64,000 nt of DNA from Chrysomallon squamiferum (lineage: Eukaryota; Animalia; Mollusca). Positions 14,976 through 29,809 of this stretch are shown in pieces. The stretch is from the NCBI GenBank assembly GCA_012295275.1, contig CM022673.1:29264001-29328000 (forward strand). Direction: 5' to 3'. Every line of letters starts with the position of its first letter. Positions within the stretch are counted from its first letter, which is position 1. The notes below the pieces were generated by a model, which had not been told where the DNA came from, ran no database searches, and saw only the letters and a program-made list of their open reading frames with translations. The translations under genes and the position numbers were made by a program.

Positions 14976-16245
14976 TTCAGAGATTACTCGTTAATCTTAA
15001 TTTTAATACGGTTATAACAAACCTTTGCTTCCCTTATCCCTTTTTATCGATTGCACGCACCATTTGGCCACGCCAAACCGTCGCACTCACATCGTTAACT
15101 AGCGACACAACGCCCGTCAGGTAGATGACGTCGGGCACTCGCGAGGCTTATGGTTGGAATCATCAATAATTCATACGTCCCCGTAATGACTTGGCTTTCT
15201 TATTTTTAATACGCATTGCATATTTCCCCCATTACAGGGCCGTATAAATCAGAGAGATTCATATTTTCGAATCTGAAGCATTACTCCAGAGGAAATTGAG
15301 TCAGCGAATATAAGGACTGTTCTGCGATAACCTCTTTGAAGATGTCTTTATTATGAGAATTTATGTTCTGATCTAAATGTAAGTTAATATTTACGGCCTG
15401 GTTACATAGAAATTAGCCGCGGTGATGGTTAAAATGGAGCGTATGTTTATAAACATTGGACTAGTCAAACCGTAACGATAGTGATGTATTTTAACTGATT
15501 CAGTACACAAAGCAAGAATATCCAAATTTAATAAGAAAGCAGTTTTACATCCTGTTTTTGATTCTTAAGTTAATAATAAAATGTCATAACAATTTTTGAT
15601 AGAAATCCATATTAACCATGATGAAAAACAAAAATTAATCTGTATCAAGTTAAACTATTTCATAACACCACAGAATACTATACCATCGCATTAATTAGGC
15701 AGTAGTTTTGCTACATCAGATAAACTGTATCACATTATTCTACACACCAGAGAATATCAGATTATACAAGAAGCAGCATCATACATATAAATAATGAAGT
15801 AATAAAATAGGAAACGATCCGAGATGCAGAGAATGTCTCTCATTTCCATAAATGTGATCAACTTCCTCACACTTACGTCGTTCTCGGATTGCACAACGAC
15901 GTCTTCAACAAGGAAGCGAGAGAACGAAGACAGGGTCATGGCAACTTTGTGTGGATTAGCATCCATCAAGGTCACTTACAGCATCGCAGAGAGAAGGACC
16001 AGCAAAGTGCTTCTTAAGCTCGTATTTATCTTGACTAACGTAACGAGACGACAGATCTAACGTTACATGATAAAAGAGATGAGTCTGAGCAGACCTCATC
16101 TTAGACGTGTTTAGAAAATCTGTGTGAAAAAATAGATGAGGTCGGAAACTCGGCTTATGTCATGGGCAAGACCTACTGACCATTTCACTCTCAGTTTGGA
16201 AACAACATTCTGTAATGCCCAGTTTTAGTCTTGGGTTTGGCTCCA

Positions 16246-16340
16246 GAATGAATGAATGTTTGACAAATCCTCACATCAAACAAAAAGAAAACTTGTTTAG
16301 TTTTTGAGTGTGGAACAGTGGTGAGTATATAAATGATATC
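16246..16340 (-). mobile_element. Possible SINE 3' tail remnant ((ATTC)n tail)
   Basis: gaatgaatgaatgttt followed by ~80 nt loosely resembling gastropod SINE tails. Highly degenerate. Confidence 0.25.
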
Positions 16341-19300
16341 AAAGACAGAAATTTTGAGATTTGGGGTCGAGAAGGAACCAGATGATCAATAAATACATAT
16401 CAGTGATCAGGTTTTAAATAATATTGGAGACTAATTTTAATTTTTTACTATAAAATAACTGAGACTATGGAATTTGCTTTCAAAAATGTAAAATAGCTGA
16501 AAAATTAAAATTCTGTTTATTGATTTCTGATTGCTATTTCATTTCTTTTCTTCTTTTCTTATTATGGTTTTATTTTTATTTTTTATTTTATTTTATTTTA
16601 TTTTATTTTATTTTATTTTATTTTAGTTTTGAGAAATAGTTTTGGTTACGCTAGTGAACGCTGTGGAGTAAAAGACTAATCAAGTAGGGATCTGCGACTG
16701 AAAGCGCTGAGTGCTGTTTCTTTGTTTGCTCTGGCAACACACGCAACCGCGTCCTTGGCAAAGTGTCGGATCGTGGTGATTCAGTCCTCTAACACCCGGC
16801 AATTACTGGAGCAATATCCGCGTCCTTGCTAACTCGTTCTCCTCTCACAGCCTGACCTTCGGCTTGAGCTCTTCACATAGTAATGCGTCGATAATCGCCT
16901 TTATATTGCGTTGTCTACATATTTCATTTGCATATCTGCGTTTACACAAACACTGCGGTTTGGCTGTGTCCATTTGGTTACTTATTGGCTATAAATAGCT
17001 GATCCCATTATAATTTGTCGTGCACAGTAATTCCAGACAAAATTGGATTTGTCCACTGAATGTCGAGTTTCCTCAAGGAGCGAGTCGATTTGTGTCATGG
17101 CGGGGGTTTGTTTAAAACTCACGTGCAGAGTGGCGCATAACGCTAACACTACACGATGTTGTCCAAATATTCTTCAGTTCACTTCATTCGTTTATTTTCC
17201 CAATTGGGCTCTTTACTGTAATTTATTTTATTTAAAACAAGAAACAATTTATTGTGAATTTTATCCTCACCAATCAATCATGAGTTGTATAATGATCGAA
17301 AAAAATTATTTTTTAAACCCTACATTATTATTAACAAAAGTGCATACAGAAACATTCAATTCATTTGTTTTTTTCCCCTTAACTCACAGTCTTCATTTGT
17401 TAAAGATAAATAAGAAAATCAATGTCTTGAAGGACAGACAAGAACTGATTACTGCAAACATTGCCTGTCTGTGCTGTTATGCAATGTTGTAAAACTCCTA
17501 GGAGAAACTATCTCTGCAAATCACGCTGTTCCTTAGCCGGTTTTGCACTTTAACGTTTGGTACAAACGGTTTGCAGAAATTACTTTCAATCAAAAATATA
17601 TGCTTCCATCCAGCCAGTAAGTGCAAATGTCTGCTTTTTAAAGCTTAGTGATATCGATTTTGGTGTTGGCGAGTTTTATGCATTGGTTATAAATGTTATC
17701 CCTTATTTTGAATCATTACCGAACCGTGAAAAATTGGGGAATTTGCTTTTAATTTTAGGCTGCTGTTGTTTATGAGTTGTTCTGAAGGTTTTTTTTAGTT
17801 TTTTTATTGTTATTGTTGCTTTTTTTTTCTCTCTCTCTCTCTCTTTCTCGCTAAAAGCAATGAAAGTCGATTTATAGGTGTCTTCGGCTTTCATTTCATG
17901 TCATAATAATCAGAGCACGCCAACTGTGTGTCTTGTTGATGTAAAGATTTTGGGATTTATTTTCTTTCTTTTTTTTTCTTCTTTTTTTTAATTTTTTTTT
18001 CTTTTATTATTATTATCACTATTCTGTTATTTTCATTTTATCCCGCACTTTTGTCGATACGTTCTTAGGAGAGAATCTGGACCAATGAAAGGTTTCTGAA
18101 TTCTCAGATGTCACAAAGAAACATCCGTGGCATTGATTAGCAGTCGTTATCAACACTAATTAACTGTTATTCCACGTCGCATTCATAATCTGCAGATAAT
18201 ATCAGATCGCAGATTTGTACCAAAGAAGCGAGGAGACATGTTAGACAATTTTCCTTATATACAGGGTCAAATAATCATAATTTAATTTTCGTGAGTAAAT
18301 AGAACAGATATTCGCAAGAAGGACATATTGACGTCATTTTATAATTACTTTACATTTTGATATATCAATAACGTTTTATATTCAATAGCAAAATTGGAAT
18401 TTGAGAGGAATCTCGAAGATATTTAACGAATTTACTACAAGCTTAGCAACGGCATATTTGTGAACAATCGTCTTCAAACAAAATATTTTCATAATGGTAC
18501 ACTGGGTATATCATATTCTTATAAGAGACATAAAGTAAATATCATACACAATCTATGACAATATTTCTGTTATCAAAGTCTGAGGAAATGAACGTGCCAA
18601 AACAACAAAATTCCTTGAAAACAAACATGCTCGAGAGAAAAAAAATCGAAACTTGAACTAATCCTAAAGAGAAAAGCTTTGTGATATACCGTGTATTAGC
18701 TGACAGAAGAATTCTCAAAGCAAACTGACATTTAATAAAGACGCACCACGGGATCAAAATACCGAAATGTGTGCACGTTTAACACATTAAATTAGTGAAT
18801 ATGTTTGCGGCTTAATACACTGGCGAGGCTGAAATGCGTCAGTTAATTTGGACCATCAGGAAAAGAATCAAAGACAAAACATGAAGACGTCAAAATAACT
18901 TTGCATGCCATACAGTTGTTTTACTTGCTTTTAATTTTTTTTTTTTTTTCAACTGATTTCTTTTTGCTGTTTTCCAAATTCGTCTACATCTTTTTTAATC
19001 TCTTCTTTTCTTCATTCTCTTCTTTTCTTCTTTATTTCTCCTTTTCTTCTTCTGCTTTCCTCTCATTCCTGTTCTTCCGCTTTATTTATTTCAAGTTTTT
19101 CAGTTTTTATTTATTTATTTATTCTCTTCCCTTCTTCATTTTTTCTTTTCTTATTCACTTTTTCTTTTTATTTCTACCTGTTATTCTTTCTCTTCTTCTT
19201 CTATTTTTGTTCATCGTGTCCCTCTTCACTAAATTTAGTGACCGAGGATACTGAATTCTGTTGAAAATCCTTCGAGATACAACAACGGAAAGTCAATTAT

Positions 19301-19380
19301 GAATTTGTCACAGATTTGATTTAGTTCGGTATTCTTACATTTACACTGCACTATGGTGGTTGTCTAGTTATGTCTAAAGG

Positions 19381-19384
<4 letters not shown>

Positions 19385-19443
<59 letters not shown>

Positions 19444-19597
19444 GTTGTTGTTGTTGTCGTTGTTCGTCTTCTTCTTATTATTACTGTTGTTGTTGTTGTT
19501 ACAAAATTATTTTACTACTACTACAGCTACTATCACTACTACTATTACTACTGTTACTACCATTATTATTACTATTACAATTTACTACTACTACTAC

Positions 19598-19640
<43 letters not shown>
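19385..19640. repeat. (ATT)n/(GTT)n/(ACT)n compound microsatellite
   Basis: Seen directly. Confidence 0.95.
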
Positions 19641-19641
<1 letters not shown>

Positions 19642-19768
19642 TTTCAGATTTTCAGATGATCATGAAGAAATATTCAACAAAAGTATGGTATGTATTTTAT
19701 ATCTCCTGGTTTAAATTTTTGCTGTCATTAAATTCTTGGTATATTGTTTCTTCTTCATATATGTATGT

Positions 19769-19903
<135 letters not shown>

Positions 19904-20129
19904 AAAGTACAAGTGGAAGAGAAAAAAACTTCTTGTCACAGCAATTGTATGTCTACAACAAACAACCAATTATTTTTTCTTGGTTGTCTCAAACCGTTTT
20001 TTTTTTTTTCATTCAGTCTTTATGTACTTTGCCACTTCTCAGAACGTTGTCTGTTTGTAACAGTTTGTGTTGGAAAGTTGTCGAATATCGTCTTAGAAAA
20101 AAAAATTCTGTCTGCAACGCATCCTTCCG

Positions 20130-20780
20130 TAATCACCTATCGATTCACTGGAGGTCGTCGATACATATTTCGGACTGTATGACTTGCCGTCGCACAAATT
20201 GGTGCCCGCTTCTCCTGATTTCCCGACTACGCATGCTTGATTTAGTGCAGTAAGTAGCTATTATTGGCGGCGCTGAAGAATCCCTATTCTAAGAAAGCGG
20301 CATATGTTTAGATCGAAACTGACGGTAATCGCGCAATATACTTCGGGATTAGATTAGGTCCAAAGTAGCAGTAGGCGGTCGGCGTTTTAGGTCCTTCCTA
20401 TAGCGACCGTAATGCTATAAAGGAGATTAAAGTGGCAACGACATTGTCACCACCGTAGACGTTAGAGCACTAAAACGTGACGTCACTGCGCTGATGGAAA
20501 GAAAACGTGAGTGACAAGGACGGAAACAAGGCGAATGGTATTAGTACGCCGACTGGGAGAGAAACAAAAACAAGTCGAATGACATTAGCAAGCTGTTTCC
20601 AGTGACATTTATACGTACTCTCGTCGAGTAAACTCTGTTAGAGGCGCGGGACCAGCATTAGGACGCTAATACTGGCAAATGTTTTCTTTTAAAGATGTTT
20701 TGTCACATATCGGTGGTGCAGTGTTTTCCACAGACAGCAACGTCTCAACTGTTAGCTACTGAACCGCCCGACCGAATTAG
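20130..20780 (+). promoter_or_regulatory. CpG-rich candidate promoter with a TATA box and a palindromic CRE
   Basis: Locally raised GC/CpG over ~650 bp, TATAAA at 20416-20421 and GTGACGTCAC at 20477-20486. No coding signal. Confidence 0.4.
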
Positions 20781-21554
20781 CCTTTAAGCTTAGATGTTTT
20801 CAGCTTATTATTAACACCACCAATATTCGGAAATGTTTATTTTAAAGATGTTTTGAGGGATCTCTTTTTAATCCACAGGCACCGACATCTGAAATATTTC
20901 AGGTGCTGAAAGGTGCGATAGTATAAGTCATGAAGCTTAGATATTTGTACCCTATATTCAGAGACTCGTACTTGAAAATGTCTGAAATGTGTATAGATTT
21001 ATTCCAGACACTAGTATTTGAATGTAATATAAAGTAAATATAAACATGTTCAATAGTATTATCTTTTAAAAAACTTTCTTTTAGTTTGTACTTTCTTTCT
21101 GCAACTCTAAAAAACGATAAGGTGCCTTTAATCAATAATTCAGAAATATTTTAATATATATATACACACACACATACATACACATGTAAACACATACACA
21201 CATATACACATGTACACACATATACACTAGTATTTGAATATAATATAATATAATTATAAACATATTCAGTGATATTATCTTTTGAGAATCTTTCTTTTAG
21301 TTTGTATTAAAACCCTATTAGTAAGAAATGTTGCTTTGTAGATGTTGAGAAACTTATTTCTATGGAATTTATTCCTTAAGTATGTCGAGATACTAATTAA
21401 TTTTGAGACGGAAATATGCAGTCTAATACTGCTTCAAAAGAGTATAATGATCTGGGTAGGAGTGAATAGGTATTAGGGTTAGTAATAATAGAAATTATCT
21501 ATATTATATGTAGTTATTCTGTTATAATCACCATAAATCTGAAAAAAAGGATTT

Positions 21555-21556
<2 letters not shown>

Positions 21557-21623
<67 letters not shown>
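21557..21623. repeat. (CT)n microsatellite
   Basis: Perfect run. Confidence 0.98.
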
Positions 21624-21626
<3 letters not shown>

Positions 21627-23984
21627 ATCACTATCTCTCTCAAACTCTGTATCTCTGTATATATATATATATACATACATATATATATATACATACATAT
21701 ATATATGTATGTGTGTCTGTTTGTGCGAGTATGATATGAATGTATGTATTTATGTATGTATGAATATAAAATGTGCGTATGTTAACAGACATTGTTAGCG
21801 ATCTTTTATTATATTTTTGAAATTGTAACTTACATATTTTTAATAAAATTAAATATAAGACGCTGTTTGAAACAAAACTTCAGATATTGTTTTCCTGTGT
21901 AATTATTGCACTGTTCTCACATTACCCCAGACACGACAGGATGATGCTATAATGTGAAAGTTTCTAGACGGTGTCGCTAGCCACTGATTCCTTAAAAAGA
22001 CGCCAAACGATTCCCAGAGATTCTTTTCATACGGAATTTCAGAAATAACTCGTTACATATCAATCAAAGTGAAATATTAATTATCTTTATTAATCTGCTC
22101 TTCATCTGATTCTCGCACATTTGAAATCTCAGATGCAAATGGATAGTTAATAGTTAATAGATCTGAACAGTATTGATCGATGTGGTTTTTATTTTTTATT
22201 TTTTATTTTTTTTTCGTCATACATTCGCCCATTTTATAGACATTGATGCGGTTGGACATTTTGCAGATCTCCAATATCTTTTCAATAATTGAATGTAGTC
22301 TACGATGTAATGTGTTTTAAGGACACCAAAAACAGTGTTTTAGATTTCTAAAATATAGTCCACTGAATCCTTAAATTTAATTATTTTTATTTTATTTATT
22401 TATTTGTTTATTTGTTTGTTTGTTTGTTCGTTCGTTTATTTTTTGTTTTATTTAATTTATTTATTTATTTTATTTTTATTTTTTACTTTTTATTTTCTTA
22501 TATTAATTTTTGTTTGTTTGTTTGGGAGGGTGTATTTGTTTAAAAAAAAAATACTGAATCATACGAAAAGTAAATTCAGACTGTTGTATTCAAATTTATT
22601 ATCAAAAATGATTTCACTTTCTGTTTCACATGATCATCTATATCTTCTGAAAGGAAAGTGAATTTCATAGTTTCTCAAACGACGTTTGGATGATGACGAT
22701 GATGATGATGATGACGATGATGATAATGACAATAAAAGGACATTAACGAAATTATGAAATTGGTTTTTAATTCATAGTTTTCAGCTTATGTAGTGATATT
22801 TTATTTGTTTTATTGATAACAGTACATAAGAAAGTAACAAAATCACACAAATTCACAAATAACCTAAGTGGACATTCAAAAAAAGCAGAAAACATTAACT
22901 TACTTCACAAACTGTATTTTATTTATTTGTTTCTTACATTTTAATGCCGAAGTTATAACTTCTAACTGTATCAAAAATGTACAACCACTACTATTACGAC
23001 AGTTCAACAATTATCACATTATTATTATTTTTAATCACTTTCAAATCTTTTTCCCCTTTTGCCCTTTTGCTTTATCCGATACATAACAACAAATCTTCGT
23101 GACGTTTACCCAAGTTGCCAATACTGGTGTCACCATCTAAATTAACACAGTTTAAAATGTGGATCATATTGTCTGACGCTTGTAACGTCTGTTGTCGTGC
23201 TAGGGATTACTGGACATATTAACCTATTGACTGCAGACGTCATACTTGTATTACCGCAGTCTCGCAGATCACGTGTTACTCAATTCGTGATGGACTTCCC
23301 ATGCAGACACTCGGTTTCGTTATGTCTCTGTACTTTTACATAACTGAAAACTGCAACCCGCTCAGAGTGTTACAGCCATCATCACTTGCCATCAGCTTCA
23401 TCGTCAACATTATCATTATCACAATCACCGTCGTCGTTGTGGTCGTTATATACCATCATTATCATTACTGATATTAGTACTACTACTGTTGTGATTTTTT
23501 TTTTTTTTTTTTTTTTTTATCTTTTCATTTTTGGTCACATAAAGAGACAGAGATTAGCTACAGAAAAAATTCCATTGTGACTATAAATTCCTGCACATTC
23601 TTGTGTTGAGTTATTATCACTGATTGTCATATGTCTACAGGTTATGTTGCAAAATAGTATTCAAGGCAGAATTCTAAATATGAAGAACCGGTATTGGGAT
23701 ACGAACCTATTTTAGGCTGGATACATTATTGTGATGTTACGGTTTACTGATCGTAATACATACAACAAACAACAAAATAAAAAAATAAATAAAATATATA
23801 TATATATTAAAAAGAATGTATAAGTTTAAAATAAATGATAAATGGAAAAAATAACTAACTAAATAAATAAATAAAATAAAATAACACGTCAAATGCTTTG
23901 CATAACAGGTATAGTAGACTAAACATTCAAACCAATCTGGATGCGCTACAAAATAAATAATAGCGATTCTCCGTCCTCATAACT

Positions 23985-24700
23985 GTACTTGTGTGTTAGA
24001 TCATTGATTAGAGAGACGTAAATGTATATTAGTCTATGATACGTATTTATTTGTGTGTTAGATGATTGATTAGAGAGAGGTAAATGTATATTAGTCTATG
24101 ATACGTATGTATGTGTGTGTTAAATGATTGATTAGAGACAAGTAAATGTATATTAGTCTATGATACGTATGTACTTGTGTGTTAGATGATTGATTGAATA
24201 ATTGATTAGAGATGAAGTAAATTTGTATATTAAAGATTCTATGATACGTATGTCTATGATACGTATGTTTGTGTGTTGAATGATTGATTATACTTGTGTG
24301 TTAGATGAAGAGAAGTAAATGTATATTAGTCTATGATACGTATTTACTTGTGTGTTAAATGATTGACTAGAGAGAGGTAAATGTATATTAGTCTATGATA
24401 TGTATTGTGTGTTAAATGATTGACTAGAGACAGGTAAATGTATATGATACGTAAGTATTTGTGTGTTAAATGATTGATTACAGAGAGGTACATGTATATT
24501 AGTCTATGATACGTATTTACTTATTTGTGATGATTTTAAATGTAATTGATTACGTATGTAGTTAGATGATTGACTAGTGAGAGGTAAATGTATATTAGTC
24601 CATGATACGTATGTATGTGTGTGTTAAATGATTGACTAGAGACAAGTAAATGTATATTGTTATGATACGTATGTATGTGTGTGTTAAATGATTATGATAA
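23985..24700. repeat. 62-bp minisatellite, ~11 copies, some scrambled
   Basis: Unit gtgtgttagatgattgattagagagaggtaaatgtatattagtctatgatacgtatttactt. Copies at 23991 and 24053 define the period. Confidence 0.93.
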
Positions 24701-27302
24701 ACGTATATCCGCATCCGATCCGATAGCTTGCGATGAACACAGCACCAAACATGCTTTAACGTGATAACTTTAAAGCCGATAGCCTAAAAGCTTAAGTCGA
24801 TAGTCCTGGAACGTATAGTCTTTAAACCTGCAGTGACGAAATAGGGCAGCCATCTTGTTTGTGTTAGCCACTGACCTTCAGTGATGTTTTTAGAACTGCC
24901 AGTTGTAACACATATTGCGTAACGTGTTCTCACTTATCTTGGAGGCGAGATAGAAAGCTTTTATCTCCGCATGAGTGATCTAGTTTAACACTGCATGCAG
25001 ACTAAACAGAGAAAACAAACAAGTGTACGAGTTAACGTGACACACAGACAGATGTGTGTCATTTCCTGTGCAGTTACCAGAACGTCTTTTGTTGTTGTTA
25101 CTATTATCACAGTCAAGACAATGTGGAGTAGCAACCTTTGGAGCCAAGCAGCAATTAGTAAATCCTTTTAGACACCAGCCGTCTTCGTACACGTCAAAGT
25201 GTACTTAACAAAAATGTCGTCTCTTCATGCTTAACACCGGCAGTTAATAGTGCAGATTTCGTCTCTTCTACTACTACTTACTACTACTACTACCGGCAGT
25301 TAATGCTACTGCACTACTAATAATAATATTTTGACGCTGTTATTGCCACTACAAAGATTATTATTATTGTTGCTGTTGTTGTAGTATAGGTGGTGGTGGT
25401 GATGATGGTGGTGGCAGTAGTAGTAGTACTAGAAGTGGTGGTAGTAAAATAGTAAATATACGGACGGGCAGTAATTATAAGCCACGTAAAACCAATGAAA
25501 AGCTGTTAAAGCTTTCTGTAACAGAAATTTAGAATATTACTTATAACTCTACTTTTTGCTGAAGTACAAATAAACAATCGTACCTTTCCTTTTGGAACCG
25601 TATCTTCTTCTTCTCTTTTTTATTTCTTTTAATTCTTTTTTTCTCGAAATACTGAATTCTTTCTTTTATCATTCCTCCTTTCTTTCGTTTATTCATTCTT
25701 CTTTATCCTTTTTCTTTCTCTCTTTTTTCTAAAAATTATTATTATTATTATTTATCGTCATTCCGCTCTGCTGGTTGCTAATGAAAGAATGCCTTCTCCA
25801 CACTAAATGATGTTTATCTTTACCACGAAACATTTCAGAGGCAGGTAGTATGAATGTAATCGCTAGAAAATCTCCTTAAGTAAACAGAGATTACTGTATT
25901 TTGAAACCTTCAGCCATGCCTCTGTCTTTGCGGTATTCACAAACACGACTGCACATGGATTTATCGAAAGATGTCCCCAGAGAAAAGCTCTCGAATGAGA
26001 TGCCATTAAAGACATTAAATAACTGGACAATAAAATTGATCTTTAAGAAGACCGGAGAGTTAAAGTAAAAAAACTGGATTCGCTTTCCAACATTAAAGGA
26101 AAAGTAGTGTGTAAAAAAAATCACTTTAAATGGTAACGGTTTACAGAAAGCAAACACAACAACAACCAAAAAAAAAAGAGAAAAATCCCTGCAAATAAAT
26201 CAAACAAGAAAAAAAAACTAATAAAGAAAACAAACACCTAAAACCAACCAAAAAACAACAAGAACAAATAGAAAGAAAGATAAAAAAAAAAAAAATGAAG
26301 GCACGACAAAAAAAATGATGCTGTGATTAACAGAGCTAGAACTATTTAATAAAAGAGCAGCATTTTCGAAACTACAGTATTAGATGTTATTAACATGATC
26401 TAACGTGTCAGAATATTATTAATAAAGTGAAATGTCTTTTTTTTTTTTCTTCAAAAATTCGAAATTGCTAAACTTAATTTAGTCATGTTCAGTGCATAAT
26501 TCTTTTCCTTTTCTTTGATGCGTCTGATAAAAATAAAATTATCTTTAGTAGTGGTACTGAAACAGAAACCTCATCAATATCATATTTATTATTATTATTG
26601 TTGCTGTTGTCGTTTCTACTGCCAATGCCGCAGTCGTTGATGTTAGAAATAATGTTTAAAAAAAGAAAAAAAAGAGCGACCATTGACATTGCTCAAAATT
26701 AAATCAGTAACTAAAATTGTTTCAGATACATGAAAGGAAATCAATCAATAATCAATTAATATTCGTAAAACACTTATTTATTACTAATAGCAATTACACA
26801 TTATATTAATGTTAAATGAAATTAGAGCACCAATCAAAGTTTCTGATAAACCAGTTGTCTGACACTGTCTGAAACAAGAACTGATCTGATGAATGGCAGG
26901 CAGTTCACACCACTGCTCTAACCACTGAACCATAATCCTTATAGTGCGAATGAAACAGTATACTTCCACACATGTATGTAATTAATAATCCATCTAGTTG
27001 ATACGTTTCTCCGTCATTTGGACTTGTAGGTGTTATCTGATAATAAAAAAAGATATATTACCAAACACTGTATAAACAGATGTTGCTGTATTTTCTTACT
27101 TGGGCCGGATGTCATCCATTATTAAAAATGTTGTTGTATTTTCTTTCTTACTAATACAAGTTCATTTAGCAGTTATAGTTTTGATTACGTCTAATAAATA
27201 TTTGTATTTAAATGATTTTTTTTATTACTGTTTTTTGTCGTAATTCTGGTTATGATGATTATGATGATCATCATTATCATCATGGTTATGAAGTACTAAA
27301 GG

Positions 27303-27555
27303 CAAAGAAAGAAAGAAATAGTTTTAATTAACAAAACACTCAGCCCATTTTACTCTATGATTATAAAGCGTCATGTATACTGTTTCAAGAAACCATAAAA
27401 AGAGAAAAAAACAAAAAATCTGCTGTTGCCACCCAGTACTTTATTCTTTTTCAATTAGCAATAAAGCATGTTTTATATACACCTTTCCCTAAACACGAAA
27501 ACCACTCTCTACTGCTTTCAGTAAACGATCATCACTCTCTAACTGGGTCGGCAAA
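27303..27555 (-). mobile_element. Degenerate SINE copy (3' half with (CTTT)n-type tail), resembling gastropod tRNA-derived SINEs
   Basis: The + strand reads aaagaaagaaagaaatagttttaattaac..cactca..cattttac....gctgttgccac....ctttttcaattagcaataaagcatgttttatatacacctttcc. This resembles, from memory and not a database search, the reverse complement of a common gastropod SINE body and tail. Confidence 0.5.
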
Positions 27556-29675
27556 CGTTTTTAAAATAACTGTGATCGTGTTACTTAATTCACATTAAAA
27601 CTATTCTTACTTAACTAGCTCTGTAACTGTCTGTCTTTTCCAGAATATTCTAAACGTATTAAAAAAAAAAAAAAAAAAATATTCTTGTAAACCTTACAAT
27701 GTAACGGTTCTCTCAAATATTGCATAGTTTTGCATATTTCGTGCAGTCGTAACATCAAACGTTCTGACTGTCTCGTGCAGTGACTTACATCCAGCAAGCT
27801 AAGAAAATAACTTTGATTGATGAATTCCAGCTAATGGCGTGTAATTTTTCAGGAAGCAGTAGCGAAAGACTGCTGTATTCCTTTCTTTCTTTTTTTCTTT
27901 TTGCATTAATAATGTGCTGACATGTAGAATAGTTAACGTTTGAACGCTGATGGAGAAGCTGTTACTTATCGGATTACTGATCTTTATTTTACATTGTTCT
28001 GCTATTTGTTTCTGACACAGAGAGCTACTCGTAGCGGTCATAACGCAAAGTCGATTACGTCTCAGTGATTACAGCGAAACTAGTTTTGGGGAATATTCTT
28101 CTTCTTTCTGATTGCATGTCAATTATTGTCTTATGTCATACAAGAAGAAAAGCTAATTTAAAACAGAACAAGATCAGATTTAATTTGGACAAAAAGACTT
28201 TTCAAATAATATATCCTGTCTCTTCAGAAAAGTAACTAAGAATATTTAGCATGTTATTTCTGAAGTTAACGATTTATTAAACAAATAAATAGTTTTGTTG
28301 TTGTTCCGCTAGACAAAACTATTAAGTAACATTCCTACTTCTTACTTTGACGCCAACGTCATAGTCTGAATGATATTATATAAACATTGTAAAATATTAA
28401 AAATAAAATATAACATTAATGTGAATATCTGCAACTGAACACTTTATAAACAGAGAGAGAGAGAGACGACATTTATGTCAGGTTTAGTGTACACAGATTT
28501 GCTGTGCGGTTGTAATCTGGTGTGCAAACAAGTTTTTTTAATATTCGTTTTGTTCCTGGTGATAATCTACAGTGTTAAGATTTTTATGGTCCACAGCAAG
28601 ATCTAGATCCCAGAAAATGGAGACGATGCCTTTGTGTGGTTAACTTTCTAAATGAAAAAATGTCGTAGAGCAAAAAGTATCAGAGAGGCAGAATGACCTT
28701 TAAAATAATTTAAATCAGTGTTTAAACTTATCTTCGTCTTCTCTCCCTGTTGTGTTCTTGTCTTTCTTTAGCCGAATAGTTAGACTTTTCTTTCAACGAT
28801 TATGGTAAACTTCAGAAGAGATGTTTTCTTTTCATATCTTTTTTTTTTTTTTTTTTGATTTAAAACAAGGGACTGATTTTAAATAAAGACATTTAAAAAT
28901 CAATTTTTTTTTATATGATGTTTAATTAAATATTAAAAATGATACAAAAAGAAGTGACAGGATAGAAATAACGATATGAGAAAGTAAACGAGAAAGAGAG
29001 AGAGAGAGTTTTATTTTAATTTTTTGTATGATGATGATATTACATATGTGTGTATGTATGTATGTAAGTGTGTGTGTATGTATGTATGTATGTTTGTATG
29101 TATGTATTTTGTCCTCTCTTAATTGCCTCTATAAGAAAAAAACACAAACAAAAAACAAAATAGATATAATTTCTTTTGTGATTAAAAAAACATGGTCCTG
29201 GGTTTTGTCCAGCGTCTGTTGTATGTTCGTCCAGACACTAAATGTCATTCTTATTACAGAACACAGCATGGAACCAACTAGGTTAATTGAATTTTTGTCT
29301 TCGTACTATCTTTTTTCTTTCTTTCTCCAACAAGCTAATGTTCCTGGTTGTTAGATTAATCAAATAATATTATATGTAATTTCTGCAACGTTGTTATCGT
29401 TTCAGCCGTTTCACGGTGACGACTGGCAAGCCCGGTAACAGATAGTTTGTAAGTATGATCGGTCGTGGTAATTCACAGTCTTCCATCACCAGTTTTTAGA
29501 GGTTATTAGCGTCACGTTCTGTCGAAGCAAACCAACAATTTCCTTGATCGAAGCAGCATAAAATAAAACATTGCTAAAGCAACCATCAAATGGAAGAGAG
29601 CAAGGGTCATCTCGTTTAGATGTTTATCTAGAAACTATATGTGTGAGTGAGCGAGCGGGATTGAGAGACAGAGAG

Positions 29676-29809
<134 letters not shown>

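Noticed and set aside
15757-16060. Overlapping short ORFs in a moderately GC-rich block
   Set aside because: No recognisable domain or convincing splice sites in any frame.
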